A stretch of 64,000 nt of DNA from Lama guanicoe (lineage: Eukaryota). Every line of letters starts with the position of its first letter. Within the stretch, counting starts at the first letter, position 1. Below are positions 1-12,568 of this stretch, piece by piece. The notes under the pieces were generated by a model. The model did not search any database, had not been told where the DNA came from, and saw only the letters and a program-made list of their open reading frames with translations. Location of the stretch: contig MU054166.1 in NCBI GenBank assembly GCA_013239625.1, forward strand, positions 13,319 to 77,318, written 5' to 3'. The position numbers and the translations under genes were made by a program.

Positions 1-1715
1 GTAAAGTAGTCTCGCATTTCAACATATTAAACATGAGATACCATATAATTGACCTTGAAAGCAATAATATTTAAAACACTATACCCCAAATAACTTGGAA
101 TAAAGTAACCACATATGTGAAAGATCAACACACTGAAAATTATAAAACATTGACTAAGAGATTAAAAATGATTCAAAGAAATGGAAAGATGTCTTGTGCT
201 CTTGGATTGAAAGAGTTAATATTGTTAACATGACCGTACTACACAAAGAAACCTACAGATTTAGTGCAATTCCTGTTACAATGCTGTAGTATTTTCCACA
301 GAACCAGAAAATTAATAACTCTAAGTTTAACATGAAACCATTAAAAATTGCCAAAATGATCTTGAGTAAAAACAACAAATCTGTAGGTATAACTCTCCCA
401 GATACCTTACTATACTACAAACCTACAGTAATAAATACAGCATGGCATTTGCACAGAGATATAATCAATAAAATGAGACAGAAAGCCTAGAAATTATTCC
501 ACACACCTATGAGCAATGAATCTATGATCTAAGAGGCAAGAGTACACAATGGAGAAATTACAGTCTCGTCAATGGATGGTGTTTGGAAAGCTGGATATCT
601 ACATGTAAAACATTGAAATGAGAGCATTCCCTGACATCACATACAGAAATAAACTCCAAGTGAATTAAAGACCTAAGTATGAGACCTGATGCTATAAAAC
701 TTCTAGAATGGAATATATGTGATACCCTATTGTATATATATCATAGGAATATTTTCATATTTCAGTCTCCTAAGGCAAAAGAAATAAAAGCAAAAATAAG
801 CAAGTGGGACCTAAACAAACTTGAAAATTTCTGCACAGCTAAGGACACTATATGTGAAATGAAAACACTGCCTGTATAATTGGAGAACATATTTGAAAAC
901 AATGCAAGTGACCAGGGGTTAATAGATATAGGTTAATAGATGTAACGTGGATTTAGTTTATACAACTCAAGGTGAAAAACAAACACCCAATCAAAAACAA
1001 GAGCAGAATACCTGAGTTAATATTTTTCCCAAGAAAACATACAGATGAGTAACAGGCAAGTGATAAAATTGCTCAACATTACTAATTATTAGTTAATTGC
1101 AAATAAAAACCACAATGAGGCATCACTTAAAACTGGTCAAATGGCTATTATGAAAAATTCTACTGATAGAAAGTGTTGGAGACTATGTGGAGGTAACCAA
1201 TCTCTTGTATACTATTGGTAGGAATGTATATTGTTGTAACTTGTATGGAAAACAGTATTCAGATTTGTTTAAAAACGAAAAAGTTAACTACCACATGACA
1301 CACTAATAAATCTCCTAGAAAAAATCTGGTGAAGAAAACCTAAATTGAGAAGAACTAATGTTCAAAACAGCACTGTTTATAATACGCAAGACAGGGAAGC
1401 AATCCTAGTGTCCACAGTAGACTATGGACTTAAGAAGATATGATGTTTCTATAAATATGAAATGGAATATTACTCAGACATGAAAAAGTTTAACACATTG
1501 CTATTTCAGCATCATGAATGGACCTACAAAATATTGTGCTTAGTGAAGTAACTTAGACAAAGACAAAAGAATATAGTTCAATTTATATGTGGAATATAAA
1601 GAATAACAAATATCTGTGTACATCTATCTATAGCTATCTGTTGATAGATGACAGATAAATAGATAGTTAGAAGGATAATACATGTTAGAAAGGTAGATAA
1701 ATAGATGATAGATAA

Positions 1716-1749
<34 letters not shown>

Positions 1750-1771
1750 GAGAGATAAATGTAAAGTTAGT

Positions 1772-1819
<48 letters not shown>

Positions 1820-2150
1820 GACATGATAGAGTGGTTAAGAGATTAGATAGACAAGACTTAAACAGACTTAAAGATATGGGAAAAAGCTTATGTTTACCAA
1901 AGGGAAAGGAAAGAGAATTTAATGGTAGAACATTGACAGATCGAATGTAGTATACATAAAGGAGAGAAGCAACAAGGATAATCTGTATAGATCATGGAAT
2001 TATACACAATGTCTTAAAATAATTGTATGTTAAATTCATTTCAATAATTCATAATGAAATATAATCACCAAAGTGGTTAGAATACCTATGCTGTACATCT
2101 GAAACTACACAATATAGTACATCTACTGTACTTCAATTAAAAATAAAACA
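1..2150 (+). mobile_element. LINE-1, 3' ORF2 plus 3' UTR, degenerate (unit A)
   Basis: ORF2 C-terminal motifs (KAKISKWDLNKLENFCTAKDTI), then a 3' UTR ending gtacttcaattaaaaataaaa. Confidence 0.9.
1640..1850 (+). repeat. (GATA)n microsatellite within an L1 3' UTR
   Basis: Two near-perfect (GATA)n runs at ~1717-1749 and ~1772-1818; the paralogue at 36150-36260 is shorter and degenerate. Confidence 0.95.
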
Positions 2151-4200
2151 CCTCATGTATTATTTAGTCATTTTTTAGCTGATAGCAGCTTCCTTTAATA
2201 TTGATTTATTTTTACTCTTTTCCTTTTATGATTACTGATTCAAATTATTTCTTTTACTTTTGTAAACATGTTACCAGTTTGAATTATCTATATTTATTGC
2301 CCCTGATTTCCTAACTTTCTCTCTTTAATCCATGTAGTATAGTAGCATTTAAAAACATACCCAAAGAAACAGTTGCAAATTTCTCGTGGTTTCCCCTTAG
2401 CATTTTGATCAATATTTTGAATATATTTGCCATTTTATATTTCTTAGAAGGTGTCTTATCTTCATCTCTTATTAGGTGTCCCAGTTTTGTTTTTTTATCA
2501 CATTCAGGATTTCTTTGTCAGGTAATGTCTTTGTTTTCACTTTATATCTAAGTGATAACTGTGTAAGTATTACTGGGTGAGATATTTCTTATTTCAGAAG
2601 TTTGAAAATGTAATTTTATTTACCCTTGCCCTATGTTTTTGGCTCAGAAATCTTCTGAGAGCCTAATGGGGGTTCCTTTGTACATTATCATAACTTTTTT
2701 TGGCTGCCTTTAAAATTTTTTCTCTGTCATTGACTTGCCAATTTGCATATGACTTATCTTGAAAGAGGTCCCTTTGTCTTAAAGTTATTGGTGTTTTATT
2801 GGCTCACGGACATGTATATCAGTTCCTTACACAGGTTCCGGAATTTATCAACTATTTCTTCTTTAAATAAACCATCAGCTTCCTTCTAATATTCTTCTCC
2901 CTCCAGGATTCCACTCTAAAGTGCACTTCCAGAAGAAGTCTGATGGTTACTGTAGAATTTCCTCACTTTTTAATATCTTGTATCTCTGCCCTCTCTTATC
3001 ATTTCTAATTTTGTATTGGTGAGTTTGCTAATCTCTCTTCCGCAGAGACAGTCTACTTCCAATGCTTTCTGTTGCATTCTTCATCTCATTTATTAAGTTC
3101 TCCTGGTCCTCAAACAATGTTTGGTTATTTTATAGTTTCAGTCTCTTTGGTAATGTATTCCTTATCATCATTTCATTTATTTCTGAGCTCACTAAACTAA
3201 TTTCTTAGTGTTGTTTTTGTATTGAGTTTCTGTATGACACCTCTTTGGATTCTCTATTAGTTATATGGCAATATACCATGACTTTAAGTTTGTTTACTGC
3301 ATGGTTGACATTGTGTGTGTGTGTGTGTGTGTGCGTGTGTGCAGGTGCGTGTGCATGTCTGTGTCTGTCGGTGTCTGTGTCTGTGTATCTGTGTGTTTTC
3401 GTGCCCTATAATGTTACTGTGATTGGTCATGATCTTGATAAATTATTGCTCTGATGACACTAAATAACAGATTGGGAGTTGGGGTCTTTTTTTTGTATTC
3501 TGGTAGTTGGCAATATTGCACAATTTTTGGTTTTACTTACCTGAGCTACCTCTGATAATATTTCAAAATGGCACTTTCCAGTCGCTACTGTCTGGATAAA
3601 AGATGTGCTTTCATTGTCACTTCTTAGACTTCTCTGGTAGTTAATGTCACTTTTGTCACTGGGAAGGCGATCTTTTCCTTTTATCTGATATCCCTTGAGA
3701 CTCAGTGTACACATTGAGGAAAGGTGCAAAGACTGGTGGGTATTTGGAATCAGGCAAGTGCCTTTACTATGTCCAGTGTTGCAAGGTATCTTGTCTCCAC
3801 CACTGTGAATGGGGAGTAGTTACAAAGTCATGAATGTCTGAGTGTCTAAAGTTTGGAAATTCTGTGTCTATTTTGTCTCCCTCCTAGTTTCATGTGACCA
3901 TGAGTAATAGTGCAATTGGGGGCCGAAGCTGTGTGAACCACTGAGACCCTGTTCTGCTGGGTACTCTGAACTTGTGGACTCAGATATCCTAGTCAGGGGG
4001 CCTTGTTGCAGACACCAAATCTGCTCTTCCCTCACTTCAGCCTCCTTTGTGTGTTTTAGTCCACCAAATTCACATTTTCACATGTGTTCTGGAGTTTTGT
4101 TTTGTGTTGTAGTTCTTTTTGTTAAGATGTGAAAGGTTTACTGACTGTAGATATAAGGGGAGAGACAAAAATAGATTAAACTTATGTCCATTTTTAAAGT
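2150..4200 (-). mobile_element. Old LINE-1 5' region/ORF1 relic (paralogue ~36580-38600)
   Basis: Antisense ORF1-type text such as gagagcctaatgggggttcctttgtac and ttttttggctgcctttaaaattttttctctgtcattgac. Confidence 0.7.
3312..3400 (+). repeat. (TG)n microsatellite (paralogue ~37735-37812)
   Basis: TG run followed by degenerate TGTC/TGCG units. Confidence 0.9.
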
Positions 4201-4479
4201 ATATACTTTTCAATTAAAAGCTTAAATTCTACTAAGGACATTATAAGAACACTAAAGAAAGTGAACAAATCACCTCCTCTAATATCATAGTACTACAAGA
4301 TATTTTGATTTTCCTGGGTTTTTTTCTTCAATGTTTTTCCCACCTTCATGCACATTTTACTATAAAATATCCCTATAATCTCTTATAAATCAATTAAATT
4401 ATTAAAATATTTCTTTGATTATTAAAATTTTGTGTTGTAAATATAGCCCTGTTGGTTCTCTAATTTATTACTAATAGCT

Positions 4480-5837
4480 TACACATATCTGTCTTCTCCA
4501 TCCTTCTTCCCTGTCTGCACAGGAAACCACTACTTGTTACAGTACACATATATATGTGATTCTGTTCCTGTTTTCTTAATATTGTTTCCCTTATATCTTT
4601 AGTTTCCTCATGAAAGTGGTAACATAGAGTGTTTTTCTCTGTATGACATATTTTCCTATGTGCAACACTCTCTGGGTCCAGACACATTGTTCCAAATGGC
4701 AGAAATTTACTTTTTGATATGACAATGACTAAGTATTTATTACTTTATCTGTATCTCAAATCTGCTTCATCCAATCATCTTCTGATGGGCAGTTGAGTTG
4801 TGCTTCTACCATTGGCTATTACAAATGATGATGTTAAGAACATTGGGGGTAGTATATCCTTTAAAGTTAATGTTTTCATTTTCTTTGAGATTTATACCAA
4901 GAACTGGAATTGCTGCAAAATACAGTGGTTATATTTCTAGTTTTCTGAGCAGTGTCCACACTTTTATAATAGTGGATGCATCAATATATATTTCCACCAA
5001 CAGTGTACCTGGGGTCCCTTTTATCAAAATTCTTATTAATGTTTGTCATTTGTAGACTTTTTGTTAATAGCCATTTTGGTTGCTGTGAGATTATATTTCA
5101 TTCTGGTTTTGATTTAGGATTTCCTAATGAATAGCAAAGCTATGTTTCTTTTTAACTCTTTCTTCTATTCTGTGTGTTGTCATACATCTTGCTGAAGGTT
5201 TCCTTTGCTATGCAAGATGTTTTGCACTTCACACTTACACAAGAAGTGGAATCCCTTTATCACAGAGTACATCTATTATTTCCTCAGTAAAATTAAAAAC
5301 AGTTATTGTTAGTTTTCCTTTTTTTTTTTACTTAGGAGATAGATCAAAAGTAAATATTGCTATGATTTACCTCAAAGGCAGTTCTGCTTCTGTTCTTGGT
5401 CAGAAATTTTGTAGTTTCAGGTTTTACATTTAGGAAATTAATCCATTTTTATCTTATTTTGTATAATATGGAAGGAAGTGCTCTTACATCTTCCTTTTAC
5501 ATGTACTGTCCAGTGTTCCCAGAACTACTTGTTGAAGAGACTGCCCCTTTTCCATTGTATACACTTGCCTCCTTCATTGTAGACTAACTGACCATATGAG
5601 TGTGGGTTTATTTTAGGACTCTTTGTTCCATTAATCTATGTGACTCTTTAAGTGATATATTTTGATGTTTTGATTAGTGTAACTTTGAAGTATATTCTTA
5701 AGTCAGGGAGGATAATACCCACAGGTTTGTTCATATTTCAAAGATAATATTAGAAAATTTGGATCTTTCACAATTTTGTATAAATTTTATTATTTTTTTC
5801 TGTATTTTGTGAAGAAACATATGGATTCTGTGAGAAT
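4480..5837 (-). mobile_element. LINE-1 3' fragment, antisense (paralogue ~38860-40400)
   Basis: Antisense 3' UTR and ORF2 C-terminus (ccagaactacttgttgaagagactg, ccaacagtgtac). Confidence 0.8.
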
Positions 5838-5854
5838 AGAAATTTACTGAAAGG

Positions 5855-5965
5855 CAATGAGTGTGTATATGTCCATGTATGACTGAAAAATTGTACTGAA
5901 CACTGGAATTTGACACAACACTGTAAAATGATTATGAATCAATAAAAATGTAAAAAAAAAAAAGA
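5855..5965 (+). mobile_element. Young, extremely 5'-truncated L1 (111 bp) with a 17-bp target-site duplication; unit A only
   Basis: AGAAATTTACTGAAAGG at 5838-5854 and 5966-5982 flanks an L1 3' end with AATAAA and an A-tail. Unit B has a single empty site at ~40400-40416. Confidence 0.92.
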
Positions 5966-5984
5966 AGAAATTTACTGAAAGGAA

Positions 5985-8900
5985 AAACCTGAGAAAAATT
6001 GTAAATTGTGGAGGATAAATCATACAATATTAAGCAACCAATGTATTCCTGCATAATTCAAAGAAAAAATACATGAAGAAATATGACAACAAAAACAAAG
6101 TCCATGTGATATAGAAAAGAAGTATTAATAGGGATGCTTATAGCAAAATAATCCCACTTATACAAATAAGAAACATCTCTCTCTTATAACGTAATCTTAC
6201 AAAGAAATGATGTAGAAAAATAATAAACAAACATGTTAGTTGATGGAAAGACAGCTGAAAGGTCAGAATATAAATTAAAAAATATTAAAAATAGAAACAT
6301 GTAATCAAACTACATAATTGCTTTTGAAATATAAATATAACTGATAAGCTTTAACGAGACTAATGAACAAAAAAGAGAGTACAGATTAAAAAGCTCAAAA
6401 TTGAATGAGAAGTTACAGCTTATATCAAAGTAACACAAAGCATCATAAGATGATACAACAAATTATATGCCAATTAAAATGGAAAGCCTAGAAGAAATGG
6501 ATGATTTTTTGAAAGATGTATTCTCCAGGATGGAATGAGAAATAGAAAATATTAACAGATTAGCACTAATGAAATTGAATTAGTAATTAACAAAATCTCC
6601 CAGGAAACAAAATTACAGGCCTAGACATCTTCACAGGTGACTTCTGCCAAAAATTTAGAGAAGAGCTATCACCTATACTTCTTAGAGAATTCCAAAAATT
6701 TGCAGAGGAAGGGAGGCTTCCACATTTCTGTGTCACACTACTACTAAGGCAGGAACAAATATCTCATAAAATTACAGGTTAAATACTACTGAAATGTATA
6801 CATGAAAAAGTCATCACTAAATTGTTAACAAATCAAACAATACATTAAAAGAATTATACAGTATGATTCAGTCCCTTTTATTCCAGGGATGCAAAAGTGT
6901 TTCATTACCCACAAATTAATCAATATGGTACACCAAACTAACAAACTGAAATATAAAAATTATATGTTCTCCTCAAAAGTGTTATAAAATATTTTGACAA
7001 ATTCAGTATCTATTTATGATTATATTTCTCCTCAAAGTGGGCATGAAGAAACATACCTCAACACAGTTAAGGTCTTATATGACAAGAACTCAGCTAACAT
7101 GACACTCACTGATTAAAATCTGAAAGCATCTCCTGTAAGAGCAGGAAGAAGACAAGAATGCTCATTTTTACCACTGTTATTCAGTATAATATTGGAAATT
7201 CTATCCATAGCTATCCAAAGTAAAAGTTAATAAAATATAGCTATTTCAGAAAAGGAGTAAAAGTATCTGTTTGCAGATGAAATACTTTAAAAAGAAATCC
7301 TAAAGAAGACGCCACAAAACTACTAGGGCTTATCAATGCATTTGGTAAAATTTCAGAATGTTAATTAACATACAGAAATCTTGCATTTCTACACACTAAC
7401 AACAAGCTAACAGATAGAGAAAGTGAGGGAACTGTCTCATTTACAGTTGCATTAAAAAAAAAAAATCAAGAAATGCATCCAACAAAGGAGGTAAAATATC
7501 TGTACCCAGAAAACTATAAATAATTTATAAAAGAAATTGAAGCTAATGCAAACAGATGAAAGGATATACAGTGTTCATACTTTAGGAAAAATACATTGTT
7601 TAAATGACAGTACTAGTGAAGAAAATACACAAATTAATTTCAGTGCCTATCAAAATACAAAGTGCATTTTCAGACACAAAAAATAATTCTTAAATTTACA
7701 TGTAAACACATAAGAGTTGAAATCAATAAAAAGAAAAGAAATGAAAAGAAAACAAACTAAAAACACAAACAAATTTTACAAAGAACAAAGAGGAAGTATC
7801 ACTGTCCCTGATTTTAAACTGTAATACAAACTACAATAATGAATATGGTATGGGCACAGAACCAAGAGAATAATGGAACACTACAGAATGCCTATAAATG
7901 AAATCAGACAGTTATGGTCATTTAGCCCATTACAATAAAATGAATATATAGTAGGGGAAAGGTAATTAACAGGCACATGAAAATGGTCAACATCACTAAC
8001 CATCAGAAAAATGCAAGTCCATAACACAATGAGAAATTATGTCACTCCTGTCAGAATGACAGTGATCAAAATGATAAAAAATATAAATATTGGTGAGGAT
8101 GTAAGGAAAAGGACCCTGATGCAATGCTTGAGCGAATGTAAATTTTTACTGCCACTGTGGAAAACACTCTGGAGTTTTATCAAAAAAAAATGAAACATGA
8201 TCCAACATTTCCATATCAGGATAATTATTCCAAGAGAATAAAAACACTATTCAGAAAAGATAAATTCAACCCTATATTCACTGCAGCATTATTTACTATA
8301 GCCAGGATATAGAAGTAAACTAATTGCTCATCAATAAATGATGGATAAAGAAAATGTCTGTTTATAATATATATATCTAACCATCTATCAACTAAAGATT
8401 TATCTATATTTATATATATATGCACGTACACTAAATATATATATATATATATGCACACACACACATAAAATTTCAATGGGTTATTACTCAGCTCTAAAAA
8501 GTATAAGTTCTTATCATTTGCAACAATTGGGTAGACCAAGAGGATAATATGCTAAGTGAAATAAGTTACACAGATAATGACAAATGCTAAATTATTTTAC
8601 TCATGTTAAGAATTTAAAACAAATTAACATAACAAAACAGAAAAGGAGTTAGAGATATAGAAAGAAACAGGTTGTTTACAAGAAGGAGGGAAATGTGGTG
8701 AAGAAAAAGAAATAGTGAGGAAAATTAAGAGAGAAAATTTTCCAGTTGCAAATTAATTGAGTCAGGGACCAGAAATATACTGTATGGGGAATAGTCAATA
8801 ACTATGAAATATCTTTAAATAACAACAAATCATAACTAGTTTTATTCTTGTGATCAATTTGAATTGTATTAAAATTTGCAAACATTATGTTATGTAAGAG

Positions 8901-9335
8901 AAACGAACACAGTGTTATACATTAAGATACACTTCAAAAACAAACAGACATACTTATAGAAAAAAACAGATTTGTAGTTAACAGAGGAAGGGGTTGGAAA
9001 AGGAGATTTAGATTAATGCACTCTAAAGATACAAATCTCCAGCCATAAAATAAACGTGTTCAAGGGATGCTAGGTTTTAACATGATAAATACAATTAATA
9101 ATGCTTTATGTTATATATGAATGTTGTTAAGAGAGTAGACCATAAGTTTTCTCATCACAACAAAAGGAGTAATTGTATTTCTTTAATATTGTATCTAAAT
9201 GATATAATGAATTCTCCCTAAAGTTGCTATAATATTTACTTCATGATAATGTAACTCAAATATCTACCCTGTGCATCTAAACTTACACAATGTTTTATGT
9301 CACTTATATCTCAATAAAAGCAGAAGGAAAAATGG
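5985..9335 (+). mobile_element. Older laurasiatherian-type LINE-1, ORF2 plus long 3' UTR (paralogue ~40420-43790)
   Basis: RT remnants (ccagggatgcaaaagtg, tttgcagatga), an internal deletion near 7960, and a 3' end ttatatctcaataaaagcagaaggaaaaa. Confidence 0.88.
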
Positions 9336-9339
9336 GAAG

Positions 9340-9740
9340 ACAATGATCATTGTTTCCCAAGTCATTTCTCATGATTGTTTTTGCAGCAAGCAATCTTGAG
9401 TCATGATAGACTTATCTTAGAGAAAGATACTAATAAATAAGTGATTCTAATAAAATATACATAAAGATACTAATATAATTAGGGTATTATCATGCTTTAA
9501 AATTTCTTCATGATAACAGCCCACTGATTCTGTAGGCGTCAAAATTTCACTCTGTGTATTATCTGAGATTAGGAAATGGATACAAAATTTAACCATGGCT
9601 GCTTTTGCTGTGAGAGATCAATTTCACTGTCTCTGACCAAAGGTCTCATCTCCCCAACAGCATCAGTAAGAAAGGAACATACTAGGTTGCTAAAAATCTC
9701 AGCATGGTAAAATCTCAGAACTCCTACAGTTCTTAACTGT
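9340..9740 (+). mobile_element. MER34-like ERV1 LTR relic (paralogue ~43800-44190), possibly followed by internal sequence
   Basis: Its 3' end, tctctgaccaaaggtctcatc...ggtaaaatctcagaactcctacagttcttaac, resembles the MER34 terminus as I recall it. Boundaries are approximate. Confidence 0.5.
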
Positions 9741-11669
9741 TTTGCAATGGGAATGCAATACTGACAAAAACATTATTTTGGATAACAATATGGTGTTTTC
9801 TCAAGGATGTATAAGGGGATGTGAGAATAATCCTTGAGATCCTTAAGAAACATCCTCGCTCAAGTGCTGGCAAAGAAGTGTAAAGGTTCTGCATTATTAG
9901 GACTGAGGACTGCTTTCAAAATGATGACTATGCTCATTGTATTCCAGGTAGTCCAATGAAAGGAAGGTTATTGCTATTTGTAGATGAACGGGAACACATC
10001 AGCGGTTCTGTCTCTATAAATTAGTCAACGGGTGTTCAAATACAAAATAAGTTGTGTCAACAATGAGAATTAAAAGAAAAATAAACTTGGACATAAGCTT
10101 AAATTAAAAAGGAGACACAGTCTTGTGCTGGGCTCTGGGGATTGGAGACTGTATATGCCTCAGTCCAATTCAAGGGTTCAGTGGCTTGGCCCTAGCATCA
10201 GCTCGGGATTCAATGAACAGTAACAATTAGTATACTGGGAGAAATATAATCTACCTCTCCCTGATTGGAAGAAAATCTGGTGGCTCAATGAATCTCTTAA
10301 TTCACATAAATTCTGAAAGATGCAGAGGAATAATCCACTGATGACTCAACTAAGACAATCTTAGTTACTGCTTAAAAATCCATCTTCTCATACACACACA
10401 GTGGTAGACAAATCTGTAGTATTTAGTGGGAAGAATTCAGTGGGCAGAGCTCAGAGAATAGTTTTCAAAACACCAGCCAACTTTTGTACTTTTGCAAATA
10501 GCCTACTTTTCCCAGGTAGAAAACTATAGATGGACAAACAAACAATATTTTTCTTTAGGATTTCTTATTCTGAAAGTAAGCAGTAGCTTTTGACTTATCA
10601 GAGTAGAACCTTGTTAAGATGATCACGGTAAGACCCACTGTCTGATAAGAGAGCTGGTAATTAGCTGCTGAACCAGCCCATCTGAACCCGAGACTGCTAA
10701 TATAAGCAAAAACATAGCCACCATCAGAGTTGAGCTGACAAATTTAAAAGCTTGATATTTGTGTTATAGGAACACCCACTGCTGTCCAGACACAGGTCTC
10801 CTGCTGAAAGTGGGCTCTTTTCATCTCTTGGTAAAGGTCATATTGGTGGGATGTTTCTAGAGCTTACCCTGACCCATTAACCCATTTTCCAGATTATCAA
10901 AGTCTATCTTCACAACAGGTGACACATTTTCAGGACACAATGTTGCCGTTTCAGTCTTATCTGCTGACACTGGCTGCATGATTGTGAGCAGAAGCCTTAG
11001 GCTCCCTGACCTTGCCTATACTTATCCCAGAAATTCAGCTCATTTCACATTCTGAAAATGTTTCACCTTTTATTTTAAATTAATGGGAAATAGTCAAAGT
11101 ATTCCATGAATATTTTATATTTCCTAGTATCTGCAGAAATTTGATATTCTTGCAGTTGTACAAATTTTTAATTCTACCACCATCACCTCTTTTTAGTCCA
11201 CACAGTTTAGATTGCAATTTAGTTACTGAATATGACCACCCCAACCAAGGGTCTAGTACCTCTTAAATACTTCCTGTGTGAAGGTTAGAATGGCACAAGT
11301 TATGTGGGGTGTATAAACGTACATTAAATGTTTGCATTGGCACTGTCTCTTCTGGATAAACTCTGATTCTAGGAAGTCAATTAATTAGAAATCAGTATAC
11401 TTATTTGTATGTGGAAGAAAATCATATATTTTGGGGTGGGTGGGTGATGAAGAGACAGGAAAAAATTCAGCAAGTGATAATGGAATGATTTATGCCTCTG
11501 GAGACATGAATTAAGAAGAAAATAATACTTTGTCTACTGTACATACCTCCAATTACAGTTTTGAGTGACTAGTCCTTGGGCTATGAAAAGAGCTAGTTTG
11601 TGGTGAAGAGTAAAGAACATAACGAAACAGTTTGAAAACTATGATAGTTTTGTTGTTTCAGGAAAGTAG

Positions 11670-12000
11670 ACTTAATATCCTGAAGAGGTGATTTCTCTGC
11701 TGAGACTAGGAAAATCTTAATAGGTAAAAGGAGGACATCCTAAGTCGAAGGAAGAGCTGGAGCCAAAGTTGTGAGGTTTTATTTAATATGGTCCACAAAT
11801 ATTTGCCTGGATGTATTTCCAGAAACAGTGAAACATAAAGATATGCCAAATTAGTAAGATGTCAGATCTATAATGAAATGACTAAACTATGTTGAGTTTG
11901 TGGGCTTAGAGTTGGAAAGGCATTTAGTGCCACCTTTAGGATGTAAGCTTGTCTTTGGATCATAAATGTAACTTAAAATATTCACTTGAAAATATAGTGT
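11670..12000. mobile_element. Ancient L2-like relic (paralogue ~46140-46570)
   Basis: gaggtgatttctctgctgagac / gaggtagtttctgagctgagac motif typical of decayed L2. Confidence 0.4.
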
Positions 12001-12469
12001 AGACTCTTGAGGGGAGGAAAAGAAATCACAAATTGGAATGCTTTGAAAACATCACAAAGAAGACCATAGATAAAATTGCTTTTAAATTCTACCACATGCT
12101 TAATGTGACATCTGAGTCTATATCATGTGACTTTTATGATACCAGGCATGACATAATAGAGACCATGACCCCTGGGCCGGTTCCTGCATTTATCTCCTGT
12201 TCTAATGTATCCTAACTTAACTCTTTTAATACTTTCCAGGATGAACCAGAGACCACTTAGTAATTTACCCTATCTCCATGTTTAATTTTTTTACAAATTC
12301 TTCAATTTTTTCTTCTTCCTTAGAAATTATTTAAATTTATACCATTATGTTGCATTAAATGATCATATCAATCAAATATCTCTTTTATTCTTTAAATGGT
12401 AACTTAGTCTCACATTTAACTTTTTACACTATTTTAAAAAAATAAGGATAATTAAGTTACACATCTAAG

Positions 12470-12475
12470 TTTATT
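12470..12475 (-). terminator. Candidate polyadenylation signal (AATAAA) of HSFY copy 1
   Basis: AATAAA on the minus strand ~95 bp after the ancestral stop; conserved in copy 2. Confidence 0.6.
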
Positions 12476-12568
12476 GTTCAAATAAGAAAATTGCAGATAT
12501 TTGTCAACATTTACCAACATCAAATTTAATCTTTGTAATCCTGCATAATCTGGTAGTCTTCTGGTAGA

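Noticed and set aside
4480..9335. Twin-primed (5'-inverted) single L1 insertion
   Set aside because: The antisense part includes its own 3' end and overlaps the sense element in ORF2 coordinates, so these are two separate elements.
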